From NCBI GenBank assembly GCA_964016885.1, contig OZ024741.1, positions 391,592,001-391,656,000 on the forward strand: a DNA stretch of 64,000 nucleotides, in the 5' to 3' direction. The DNA comes from Eledone cirrhosa. Its lineage: Eukaryota. Below are positions 24,191 through 38,849 of this stretch, piece by piece (within the stretch, counting starts at the first letter, position 1; each line of letters opens with the position of its first letter). Under the pieces are notes generated by a model that saw only the letters and a program-made list of their open reading frames with translations, was not told the origin of the DNA and ran no database searches. Made by a program: the position numbers and the translations under genes.

Positions 24191-25778
24191 ATGTTGCAGG
24201 AAAAGTACCTAGCTAAAAGTAAGCCACTCTACCTGGCATTTGTCGACCTTGAGAAAGCCTTTGACAGAGTTCCACGTGCTGTAATCTGGTGGGCTCTTAG
24301 AAAACTAGGAGTAGATAAATGGCTTGTGAAAGAGGTACAAGCCATGTATAGGGGAGCAGTCAGCAAAGTTAGGATTAGCAATGAGTATAGCGAGGAATTT
24401 AGCGTATAGGTTGGGGTCTACCAGGGCTCTGTTCTTAGCCCCCTCCTGTTCATCATAGTCCTGCAGGCAATAACGGAGGAGTTTAAGACCGGATGCCCAT
24501 GGGAACTCTTGTATGCTGATGACCTCACACTTATAGCTGAATCTATGGTAGAACTAGAGAAGAAATTCCAAACTTGGAAGCAGGGACTAGAAAGAAAGGG
24601 TCTCAAAGTCAACATGACAAAGACTAAGGTCCTTGTAAGTAGACGAGAAAACAGAACCCAGATCCCCTTAGGGAAATGGCCTTGCTCAGTATGAAGGAAA
24701 GGTGTGGGTAGGAACTCCATTCTCTGCCCCAAATGCAAACAATGGGTACACAAGAGATGTAGCGGGATCTCAGGAAGCTTAATTAAGAATGTAGGATTCA
24801 CATGCAGCAGCTGTGCTGGGACAGCAAGCAGCAAACAGCCACAGGAAACAAGTACCACCAATCTCTGGGAGGGCTCTGTAGAGACAGTAGACAGCTTCTG
24901 CTACCTAGGTGACCGAATTAGCAGCGGGGGTGCGTGTTCAGAAAGTACAATAACTAGGGTAAGAACGGGATGGAAGAAGTTCAGGGAACTACTACCACTG
25001 CTAGCTGCAAAAGGCTTCTCCCTCAAAATGAAAGGCAGACTGTATGATGCGTGTATCCGAACAGCAATGTTACATGGTAGTGAGACCTGGGCGCTGAAGG
25101 TGGAAGACTTACGTAGATTAGAGAGAAACGAAGCCTGCATGCTCCGATGGATGTTTAATAGTAATATACGCGAACGACAAAGCATAAATGAATTGAGAGA
25201 GAGACTGAGCATAAGAGGAATCAAATGCTGTGTGCAGGAGAGGCGGTTGCGTTGGTAATGACATGTGATGCGTATGAAGGATGACAGCTGCATAAAAAGG
25301 TGCAGAGCACTAGAAGTCGATGGAAGCCGCGGAGTGGGGAGACCCAAGATGACCTGGGATGAGGTGATAAAAACCGATCTTACCCAATTACACCTCTCAA
25401 AGGCGATGACACACAACCGTGACCTCTTGCATCACGCAGTAATAAAGAGTACCTGACCTCCCATGGGTACAAGCTGAAGCATATAGACAATATGCCCCCA
25501 CACCCCTTCCACTGCAAGGTGGTCGTGGAAGTGCCACGGCAAAAAAGCACCCATCCCACACTGTAAAGTGGACGTGTAGGCGCCACGAAAAAGCACCCAG
25601 CACTCACTGTAAATGAGGTTGGTGTTAGGAAGGGCATCCAGCTGTAGAAATCAAGTCAAATCAGTTCCTGTATGAGCAAGGCATGGTCAGCCGACCAGAC
25701 ACTGCCCACAACAGGACAACCCGTCTAACCCATGCTAGCGTGGAAGAACGGACGTAAAACGGTGATGATGATGATGAT
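24191..25778 (+). mobile_element. RTE-clade LINE, 5'-truncated and decayed
   Basis: [34 protein letters not shown]-like Cys insert, F.YLGD, MLHGSETW, RLRW, GRPKMTW; in-frame stops; (GAT)n 3' tail. Confidence 0.92.
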
Positions 25779-25996
25779 ATATATATTATATATATATATA
25801 AATATATAATTTCAGCGAGATCGTATTTCGGCTGTGGTCAATAACAAAGCGAAACGCAATTTTCGCTCAATGGACTAAAAGAAGACCAGAGCAATTAACA
25901 TACGTTATAGAGGCCATACAAACTGGAAACGGCGGTCATGAAACTATCAGCCACCGGATCCACAAAAACGAAGCAAGCTAAACAGGTTAAACAAAA

Positions 25997-26101
<105 letters not shown>

Positions 26102-26335
26102 TATGCATGTATACGTACATACATATATGTATACAGACGTACAGTAGCATGCACATATATATATATATATACATATATATATACATATGCATACAGGTAC
26201 ACATACATATATGCACGTATCAGTTTAGCGGCGCTAACGTCGCTTTGTTCGTTTGTAAACAAACTGAACAGCCTGAATTTATGCCATACGGTGTTAAGGC
26301 AACCACGTCACCTTTTTGTTCAACACTGACACAGG

Positions 26336-26380
26336 AACGATGTACTAGTTTCAAGCTTGTTAGCTATCATCAGCACCGTT
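26336..26380 (-). ncRNA. Minimal type I hammerhead ribozyme
   Basis: Minus strand: AACGGTG-CTGATGA-TAGC-TAACAA-GCTT-GAAA-CTAG-TA-CATCGTT. Confidence 0.87.
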
Positions 26381-26801
26381 TACCCATCTGCCAGATAGTT
26401 GAACGTTCGAAAGTATATACTTTCCTTATGAAAATTAACGGCTGAGCAGCCTAATTTGCATATTGAGTGAGTTAAATCGGTCAGGCATACCGAAAATGAT
26501 AAATTGAAACAAAATGAAAACGAAATTTCATTTCTCACTCTTAGTATGGCACTTACTTAAATGTAAGTATGCATGTATACGTACATACATATATGTATAC
26601 AGACGTACAGTAGCATGCACATATATATATATATATACATATATATATACATATGCATACAGGTACACATACATATATGCACGTATCAGTTTAGCGGCGC
26701 TAACGTCGCTTTGTTCGTTTGTAAACAAACTGAACAGCCTGAATTTATGCCATACGGTGTTAAGGCAACCACGTCACCTTTTTGTTCAACACTGACACAG
26801 G

Positions 26802-26846
26802 AACGATGTACTAGTTTCAAGCTTGTTAGCTATCATCAGCACCGTT
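26802..26846 (-). ncRNA. Minimal type I hammerhead ribozyme (identical, 466 bp from the previous one)
   Basis: Same sequence as 26336-26380. Confidence 0.87.
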
Positions 26847-27278
26847 TACCCATCTGCCAGATAGTTGAACGTTCGAAAGTATATACTTTCCTTATGAAAA
26901 TTAACGGCTGAGCAGCCTAATTTGCATATTGAGTGAGTTAAATCGGTCAGGCATACAAACGAACAAAGCGACGTTAGCGCCGCTAAACTGATACGTGCAT
27001 ATATGTATGTGTACCTGTATGCATATGTATATATATATGTGCATGCTACTGTACGTCTGTATACATATATGTATGTACGTATACATGCATACTTACATTT
27101 AAGTAAGTGCCATACTAAGAGTGAGAAATGAAATTTCGTTTTCATTTTGTTTCAATTTATCATTTTCGGTATGCCTGACCGATTTAACTCACTCAATATG
27201 CAAATTAGGCTGCTCAGCCGTTAATTTTCATAAGGAAAGTATATACTTTCGAACGTTCAACTATCTGGCAGATGGGTA

Positions 27279-27323
27279 AACGGTGCTGATGATAGCTAAC
27301 AAGCTTGAAACTAGTACATCGTT
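27279..27323 (+). ncRNA. Minimal type I hammerhead ribozyme (inverted unit)
   Basis: AACGGTG-CTGATGA-TAGCTAACAAGCTT-GAAA-CTAG-TA-CATCGTT; 7-bp stem I, GUA triplet. Confidence 0.87.
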
Positions 27324-27625
27324 CCTGTGTCAGTGTTGAACAAAAAGGTGACGTGGTTGCCTTAACACCGTATGGCATAAATTCAGGCTGTTCAGTTTGT
27401 TTACAAACGAACAAAGCGACGTTAGCGCCGCTAAACTGATACGTGCATATATGTATGTGTACCTGTATGCATATGTATATATATATGTATATATATATAT
27501 ATATATGTGCATGCTACTGTACGTCTGTATACATATATGTATGTACGTATACATGCATACTTACATTTAAGTAAGTGCCATACTAAGAGTGAGAAATGAA
27601 ATTTCGTTTTCATTTTGTTTCAATT

Positions 27626-27657
<32 letters not shown>

Positions 27658-27864
27658 TTAGAAAGTGAGGTTTTTTTTACAAAATGAAAAATAACCGAGG
27701 TGTCCTACACGAGTGAAAGTATAAAGAAAAAAAGATGAAATCGAAAATGCAACTGGAGTCTTATATTTTTTTTAAATATATATATTTATTTGGTTCCTTT
27801 ACCGGTTTCGCAGTTCTTCTGCTTTTCAAAAGTAGAGTTGAGATGGAGGGTCTGTGGTTTTTCT

Positions 27865-27869
<5 letters not shown>
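27658..27869 (-). mobile_element. Short terminal fragment of the 22529-24069 element family, with U3-A8 hammerhead at 27796-27833
   Basis: Matches 22529-22706 with an extra ~35-bp segment; embedded in (TA)n. Confidence 0.85.
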
Positions 27870-27937
<68 letters not shown>

Positions 27938-27939
<2 letters not shown>

Positions 27940-28010
27940 GCCAATTACCTAGTACATTACTGGTACTTTATTTTATCGACCCCGTAAGGATGAAAGGCAA
28001 AGTTAACTTC
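27938..28010 (-). mobile_element. SINE fragment
   Basis: CTGGTACTTTATTTTATCGACCCCGTAAGGATGAAAGGCAAAGT core, shared with 30200-30265. Confidence 0.7.
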
Positions 28011-28250
28011 GATATATCAATAATATTAATAAATGGAAACTATCTTTATAAAACCATATTTATTTTATTATCCAATCCTAATATATATATATATATAAGA
28101 AAGAAATAGGATTTCGCTTCAAGCATAGCTTTATACAATATGTATAAATATTTCGTATCTCCAAAAAAATACAGTTTTAGGAAGCCGTAGCTATGCAAAC
28201 ACCGGGAGGCTAACGCCCTCTGGTGATGTCCAGCAGAAGCAAGTGGGACA

Positions 28251-28294
28251 ACCGTCTATGCATTTCAGGCTTAACTGGTCTTCGTCAGGACGGT
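28251..28294 (-). ncRNA. Minimal type I hammerhead ribozyme
   Basis: Minus strand: ACCGTC-CTGACGA-AGACCAGTTAAGCCT-GAAA-TGCA-TA-GACGGT; weak stem II. Confidence 0.78.
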
Positions 28295-28345
28295 CCCACC
28301 CATTGCACAGTTGAAAATTGCAAACTTGACTGTCACCACAGAATA

Positions 28346-28384
28346 TGAACCTGAAGATTGCGAAAGCATGAAAGTTCTTGTTCA
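28346..28384 (+). ncRNA. Minimal type I hammerhead ribozyme, possibly decayed
   Basis: TGAAC-CTGAAGA-TTGC-GAAA-GCAT-GAAA-GTTC-TT-GTTCA; stem III AGTTCT is one change from the palindrome AGTACT. Confidence 0.68.
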
Positions 28385-28488
28385 ATTAACATTTATTATT
28401 CTACCATACTATTTCATTATAATATCATTATAATTTTAAAGGATTGTAAATAAAGCGAGTAAATCAGACAAAGTTGGAATTCCTTTTA

Positions 28489-28570
<82 letters not shown>

Positions 28571-28616
28571 AATGAAAGGTATAGAAAGTAGTGTAGCAAG
28601 AAGCCAACAGTATTCC

Positions 28617-28708
<92 letters not shown>

Positions 28709-29539
28709 TAGACAGAGAGATAGATGTATAATTTTATACATATATACACATACAGTTTGGGAGCCACGACCATGTTTTCAGTGTGGAGCTAGATGGTACC
28801 GCTATGATGAGGGACCGGCCAGTTGGCCACGCCGAATGTATACATACATACATGATGGCTGCCCCCTCGTTATCGACTATGGCCATTGCACGATATACCA
28901 TTATTAATAATTATTTATTAATTCTATCGTGCAATGCCTGTGCGTGAAGATATTTTTTAAAGTGAGGAAAGACTGTGCACTGAGCCAATCCCACTCTCTG
29001 AGCGACAGTAGCTATAACCCGAATAGAAGAAAAGATCAACATCATCGGTAACTACTGAGCCGCAGGTTTTATATCGGAGTTATCCCAATTTCCTGAGTTG
29101 ACCTGACAAAGGCTAGGGGCCCTTCACTCCCACTGGTTTAACCGCACGATCGGGTGTCCAGCCCGACTATTTCTATATCCCCGCGCATATACATACACAT
29201 GCACCCATGTATATACACATATACATATACATACATATGTACATGTGCATATACATATTTACACACTTTTGGATGGCCGTTGCCTCTTATGAGTTCTTCC
29301 GCTCTTTGTCAGGTTTTGTTTTTTTTCCTGCAGGGTGTCCAAAATTACCCTCCTCACCAAGTAAACTTGGTGGCTTGCCGGTTTAGTCACCGACGACCCG
29401 ACCATGCGACATGTTGTACTGGGTTACATGTTACCAGTATACCACAAACATACATACATACATACATACATATGTTTCTTACGTTCTTTAACATAGTTCT
29501 TAGGCAAAATCAGTGTGACATTATGTGTATTAAGGCTGG

Positions 29540-29990
29540 CCTTTTGAATTAATGGTACAATCCATCCGTTTACCCAAGATCACTCACAACGCTTGGGTCT
29601 GTCCGAGGCACTTGCCTAAGATGCCACGCATTGAGATCGCACTCGACCCTTATGATTGCGAAATAAATTTCTTAACCATTCGGTCAAACTAAAGATGTGA
29701 TTGGATTTTGTTTGCAAAGAAAAATACGAACACTAACTGATCAGCAAATTATATTACTTTACTCGACGTTAGAAATGTTAACTACTATGAATAAACAATT
29801 TGCAGCCGGCAAAAAAAGAGTTGTAATTTAAAGGGCCAGTCTTATCAGTGTTACATGCCAAATCTCCCTGCCAAATATATTAAGAGTACACGTGTCTATC
29901 GAGTGCTCACCTACTTTCACTTTAATTTCACAAGCAGGCTCTTCCGTTTTCGAACAACTTAAATAGTCATCGTCGTACGTGACGGTGGTC
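29540..29990. mobile_element. Decayed SINE-like fragments; a related piece occurs inverted at ~38630-38665
   Basis: TTAATTTCACAAGCAGGCTCTTCCGT (29920-29947) vs ACGGAACAGCCTGCTCGTGAAATTAA (38634-38659). Confidence 0.5.
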
Positions 29991-30009
29991 CAACATAAGC
30001 AGTCTGGAA

Positions 30010-30465
30010 GAAAAAGGCCAACAATTTTTGAGAGGAGGGGAATGTAGATTAAATCGATCTCAGTGCGTTACTGATGTTTTCTTTTATCGACCCCGTAAGG
30101 ATCAAGGCAAAGTTAACTGCCGCGGGATTTAAAGTTAGAACGTAAAGGGTGAAGAGGAACCATGATAATAATTGTTTCTACTTTTGGCACAAGGCCATCA
30201 ATTACCCAGTACATTACTGGTACTTTATTTTATCGACCCCCGTAAGGATGAAAGGCAAAGTTAACCTTGGCGGGATTTGAACTCAGACCGCAAAGGGACG
30301 TAACTATGCTGGAAAGCATGGCGTCCAACCCTCTACCGATACTGCCAATCCACCTGATAATAATGGTTTCTAATTTAGCACAGCGCCAGCAATTTGAGGT
30401 GGGTGGTTCGGGACAGTCTATTTAATACCTGCCTCCAGTACTTGACTGGTACTTTATTTTATGGA
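30010..30465 (-). mobile_element. Cluster of three partial tRNA-derived SINE copies (octopus-type)
   Basis: Repeated CAGTAC...CTGGTACTTTATTTTATCGACCCC...AGGATGAAAGGCAAAGT core; GGGATTTGAACTC is the reverse complement of a B-box (GAGTTCAAATCCC). Family resemblance is from memory. Confidence 0.72.
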
Positions 30466-30839
30466 AGCCACCTTAATTAGACATGCTGAATATGTGCTGG
30501 CTATACTGTCGGAGTTTTTACAATCTCTTTAGCATGACAACGTCTCAACTCCTGATTTGCATCAGATAGAAGAAAGGTGTTACAGAGCAGGCCTTCCCAA
30601 AGTGTGTGTGTTGGGGTGCTGAAGTTGGTGGGGGCGTAAAAATTCAAGGATGGAGGTGGCAAGTGAAATTGAGAATTTAGTTAATTTTATACTCTAGCTT
30701 TAGGATCATTATCTTCTTCTTCTCCCCGAGCTACACGGCCCCGAGAAACATGAACTTATCCACCTGCTGCAGTGGAACTCCATTCACATGTAGAGTGCAC
30801 TGTGCAGGCTTCATTCAGAGGATGTGTGTCTCAGTTTTA

Positions 30840-32600
30840 ACAGCACTGATTTTCATTCCAGCCACTCGGCATTAAACCTATCAAATGTAAGTTGACGATT
30901 ACCTTCTGTCGAGTTGAGTCTGCAAATTCCATGACGTCTGCAAATTCCAGCCGACTGATTCTAAACCTACCAATCATGATATCACTTCCAGCCCGTTTGC
31001 ACATGTCAATCCTGTTTATGAAAATAATGAACAGGAGAGGTGACAGTACGCACCTTTGGCGGAGTCGACTCCCATATTGAATATGGCTTTGATTTAGCAC
31101 TATTTACCCGAACACAAATACTCGGGCATTCGTATAGAGACATCATGGGAGCAAGAAGCTGACCATCGATCCCATACTCCTGCAGAACCTTCTACAGCAG
31201 TTCCCGTGGAACCTTTTCGAGGTCTATAAAACAAGAATACACCTCTTGGCTATACTCCCACGATTTATAAAAGACCTGTCGCGGTGTGAATATTTGATCG
31301 GTTGTGCTGCGTCCGGGGCGAAAACCACACTGTTCATCAGCATATACTTTACTGGGGAGGCTTAACGATGAGATCCCTTTATAACTGGAAAAATCTCTCT
31401 TGTCTCCCTTTTTGAAAATTGAAATTATCACTCCTGAGATCTAGGTGCCTTTCTAGAGATCCAGGCCACCCGGCACACCCGAGTCAGCCAGAGAATACCT
31501 TCTCGATTTAAGGCTTTTAACATCTCGGGCTGGATTTCATCTTCCCCAGCGGCTTTGCCATATTTGAGCTCATTAACGACTCTTGTGACCTCAGCTTCTG
31601 AGAGATTAGTCATCGCTCCCAGATGCACCTCGTGTACATCCGAAGATGCTGTTGCGATTATGTGTAGGAGATAAGCAAAGTACCTTTTCAACCTTGCGAG
31701 GATGCACCTCTCTGAAGAGAGGAGAACCCCAGACGCGTTCCTAATAGCAGATGTGGAGGAGGACCTCTTAATACGAAGTCGGCGGATGGTATGCCAGAAC
31801 ACTTTATTTGCTGATCGGGAGTTGAATTCCAACTTAACCTCAAAGTCCTCCCTTTGGACGCCTTCACTGTCTCTTCTGTGATTCTTCGTGTCTGCTAATA
31901 CAGAAAGTGCAAGGAGTAGGACTTATTTCCAAGCCAAGCTTTGTAGGCCTCCTTCTTTGCTCGAATGGCATCTTTGACCTCTTGATTGAACCAAGGGGTC
32001 TTCCTGCTATCTGGCCCCACACCAAGCCTCTTTCGTCCGCAGCATTTAACAGCTGAAGCAGAAACTGCTGAGCTGAACAATCTCTACTCCGTCTCAACGT
32101 CCTCTTTTCTTCCAATAACCCCTTTCCATGTTCGGGGGTCAGGGCCAACATGTGCATTGAAGTCTCCCCTCAGGATATATGACTCAGTCTTAACTACATC
32201 TAATGCTGCAGTGACTTTATCAAGGAAGGATCTGTATTCGGACTTTTTGTTTAGTGCATAAACTTGCACCTCCCACAGAGACCTATCTTTCAGCCTAAGA
32301 TTCACGAGGCAAATCCTCCCTCCTAATGGGATCCAGTCCATAACACATTCTGACAGGTGGGGATTTGTGAGTACCCCCACTCCCACCTGTGCAGTAATTT
32401 CTGGTGCCACACCTGAATAGTGGAGCTTCCATCCTCCTCCAAATCTACAGTATCAGAGCCACGGAACTTTGTTGAGGAAACGCCGACTATAGCTAACCGG
32501 TAGCATCTAGCCTCCTCCACTAGTTCCTGCCCCTTTCCTGTAAGGGTTGTGATGTTCCAGGTTCCAATTATCAAGATCTCCCTTTCAAACCTTTTTTGAA
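30840..32600 (-). mobile_element. Decayed RTE-type LINE (APE + RT pseudogene)
   Basis: IGTWNITTL, GDFNAHVG, TPWFNQEVK, GKAAGED, KKGDK, EQCGFRPGRSTTDQIF, FIDLEK, LRQRCVLSPLLF, FAD; many frameshifts. Confidence 0.88.
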
Positions 32601-33859
32601 AACTTTGGCGTGCATCCTACGCCTCCCAGGACAAATCGCAGATCTATCACCAGTTTTTACGACATGAAATGGAGGCTGCAATATATTTTTCGAACAGGCC
32701 CCTCTACCTAAAGCCTGAACGCGTTCTTTGTTAACCTGTACGAAGAACGATGCGGTATACGTCTTTTTCCTACCTCTCACCATATTACAGTCTTATTCAC
32801 GCCGCCAGTCACCAATCTCGTACTTTCTCAGACCCGCCAAGACTAGGCTTTTTTAAAGGTGACATTTACTCGTCTCGTCATATCTACATCACTGGGTTGT
32901 GACAGTTTTCTTGACATCTCCCCTAGTAGTTTATCGTTGTTGGCTCGGGATTGCTTATTCGTCCGGCAGCTGCCCACTTATATCGCAACTAGCCATCATA
33001 TTTGGTGGCAGTATAGCTATCCGCCACCTGCAACCATAACAAAACTGTCGAGAACATTATTTTCTGGGTCTTACAATTTTTCCTGCATTAAATAAAACTG
33101 CGATTGCACATTTATACAAATTTAAAATATAACAATAACCGTGCACTAAAATACGTCACGTGTGTTTGTAACTCCGTCTGTAATTCTTTACATTTTACAC
33201 ACACAAACATACACATATACATTAGGTTATCTTTTTCCCCTCTGCATTGCGGGCGGTGGAACCGGGGCTACTGGTCAAAGCGTCAAGGTTTGGGGGGCAT
33301 AACGAGTTGCAGCAACTTTATATTTGTCCCTGTAAATAGTTACTTCTCCAAAGTTACTCATACATTTAATTTCGTACGCCATTTGTACATATATGCTGAA
33401 CACTTATGTAATTATATCCTAGAAATGAATTATTATAATATCATTTTTATCCTTAATTACTTCCCCGTGTCAGTAATCAACGTAACAATGTTTGTATGAT
33501 TGTTCATATATCTGGTAATCCTGATATATATGACATACAAATCCTAGACACCAAAAATTAAATACGTTCGACACTATTACCGTCGTTATTGATAGTAATA
33601 TTCCACTAGTATTTTTAAAATAATAATTTCTCTATTGTCCACTATCACCGCACTAGTAGTAAAATAATGGCGCAACAATTTTTTTCACCAATCATTGGAG
33701 AATGGGGGGGGGGGGGGGAAGCCTTAACGATAAATTTATTTTTAAAAAAAATAGAAATCGCGAATGAAAAAGGTTGGGAATACAAACTGTGAGAATACAA
33801 ACTGCTAAAATTATTAGATAACTTCATTCTTCTCAATGAGCAAGGTCCTCTACAAGACG

Positions 33860-34692
33860 GTCGAACCTGGCGTGGCCTGGGACCTGGAGTCAGCTCTGGC
33901 CGATTGGAACGAGGAAAGTCTCGCCGTCTCCAGTATGCAGATGCCCAATGCAACTGTGACAACAAGTGTAATTCAAACTTCAGGTAAATAGAGTCTTCCC
34001 TGGACCAACAAAGGATATTGTGGAGCCGTTGTTGACGAGTTCGGTCTGCACCCGCTATCCTGTCGCCATAGCGCATGTTGGTTCCCTCGACATGCCGCAC
34101 TGAATGACATCGTCAGAAGGAGCCTCCATGCAGCCGGCTTCTCGTCACAACTGAAGCCGTTGGTGACAGTAAGCGCCTCGAAGGAATAATCCGCTTCCCA
34201 TTCGAGGAAAGTAAATCCTAATCTGTGACGCGATGTGCAGTGACTCGTTCTTCGCCTCCAGCCATGTCGCATCAGCCCCTAACCCGGACACGGCCGCCCG
34301 CAACGCAGAGGAGAGGAAGATAACTAAATATCGGGGTTTGACCACCGACCTCCTCCTTTACGTACCGGTCGCTGTCGAGACCTTTCACGTCATTGGTCAC
34401 CACGCTGTCGATTACCTCTGTAAAACCGGAGAGCCCGCCTGAGGAAGGAGCCCAGTAAGATAGAGAGGTTGGTGCAGCGGGTGTCGCTAGCCATTCTCCG
34501 CTGCAATGCTTTCACCATTTTGTCCATAGAGTGCAGCTCAAACACCACTTAGACTGGGCTGAAGAGTCTGTCACTCTCCCTTTTCCTTTTCTTCCGTTAC
34601 ATAAATACTTCTTCTTTCTCTTCTTTTCTTTCTCTTCTTTTTTGTTTCCTTGTCATTTATATTGTAGCTGTCGTCTCTTCAGTTTAATAAAA
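33860..34692 (+). mobile_element. 3' fragment of a CRE-like (RLE-type) non-LTR retrotransposon
   Basis: CGAVVDEFGLHPLSC...RHAALNDIV (CCHC), AARNAEERKITKY...VPVAVET, QRVSLAILRCNA; pyrimidine-rich 3'UTR and AATAAA at ~34686. Confidence 0.75.
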
Positions 34693-34784
34693 CAATTTAT
34701 AGCCTAAGTATAATCATTACAAGCCAATAGTAAGTCTGCAATCAATCAGTTGTTAAACATATTCTGTTATTCATTTTTCTTTTA

Positions 34785-34892
34785 CTGGTGTCAATCAGAC
34801 AACGTCCATGCTGGGGCACCACCTTAAAGGAATTTTGTCGATCGTGTTAACCGCAGTACTTTTTTTTTTAAGTCGGGTATTTATTTTATCGA
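34785..34892 (-). mobile_element. SINE fragment
   Basis: CCATGCTGGGGCACCACCTTAAAGG...CAGTACTT...TATTTTATCG, related to the 30010-30465 cores. Confidence 0.55.
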
Positions 34893-35286
34893 TTGGTGGA
34901 TAAATTAAATAACAGTCTCTCTCCCTATCATTACTCTATGAACAACTTCCACCCCTCTATCACTGCTCTATAAACTACACATTTCCCAACTACTATTCTA
35001 TAATCTACTTCTCCCCTCTTCCTACCACTCTTCTTTAATCTACCTCCCCCTCAAGTGTTCTACACACACATATACATACACACACACACAATTATACGCA
35101 CACATAGACACAAATATACACACACATACACGAAGTTATGTCCATCGCAAACGCACACAGATATATATATATATATGTGTATATATATATGTATATATAT
35201 ATATATATAACAAAGGAGTTGTGGTAAGGAACCATATGGACCATAACGCACCAGAGTACTCAATACTTAGGGTAGTAGAGTGGGAA

Positions 35287-35402
35287 ATAGGAAAAAGTAT
35301 GACCCCGACGGCAGAGCTCTAGCCGTTTCGACGGCTATTTCTGGACTGAAATACCTGTCGAAACGTCTTGAGCTCTGCCGTCGGGGTCATACTTTTTCCT
35401 AT
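35287..35402. repeat. 116-bp hairpin (33-bp perfect outer arms, imperfect inner arms)
   Basis: ATAGGAAAAAGTATGACCCCGACGGCAGAGCTC ... GAGCTCTGCCGTCGGGGTCATACTTTTTCCTAT. Confidence 0.9.
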
Positions 35403-35403
35403 G

Positions 35404-35448
<45 letters not shown>

Positions 35449-35561
35449 GGGGTAACAAATAATTGTTATATGCAATCCACTTAGGTGTAGTCCAGTTATG
35501 GTACTCCGGGTAGTGGATGATATCAACGCTTGGCTAAGTTTGACTCAACAAGGCGTTTCCA

Positions 35562-38145
<2,584 letters not shown>

Positions 38146-38849
38146 CGTCATTGAACCACACCGTGAATGGTTGCCAAAAATATACATATATCTATGGCTC
38201 TGTCTAGTTTATGTGTATATACCCTTTAAATTATATATATATATATACACATACATACACACATACACGTATGCATACATATATACACACACGCATATAG
38301 ATATATACTGCCCACTCCTTCCCTTCCTCCCTTTCCCTTCATTTCTCCCTATTTATCCATCATCGATACTCTAGCAGTTACACATATTATCTCTATCACT
38401 ACAAATGAGTCACGTGCCTGAAATCGATCTTGTAATTTCTCACGTTCTTTTTCAATTACTATCCAAGATACAGTCACACATGCACACCCATTTTATAGAT
38501 ATACACATACACACACACAAACTCACACATACACACATAAACACACACATACACACACAAACTCACACACCTGAAACTGTCATGTGCTGGACCTCCGCTG
38601 GTTCTGATAATGAGCGTTCTAGTTGTTCAAGCCACGGAACAGCCTGCTCGTGAAATTAACATGCCTGCGTGTGCCATTAAAAGCAACCCCCCCCCCAAAA
38701 AAAAACACTGACACAAGTATAAAATCTAGAGAGTGGAAGACAGTCGTAAATTAACAAGCTACCAGGGCCATAAAATGTGAAATGATCAAGACAAGGAAAC
38801 ACGAGGATAAATACTAGCCAACTCCGCATCCATTAAACATTTTTATTTA

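Noticed and set aside
28850-29440. GC-richer segments that might be RTE 5'UTR/SINE pieces, an HDV-like ribozyme or 7SL-like RNA
   Set aside because: I could not build a convincing fold or alignment by eye; needs an Infernal or Dfam search.
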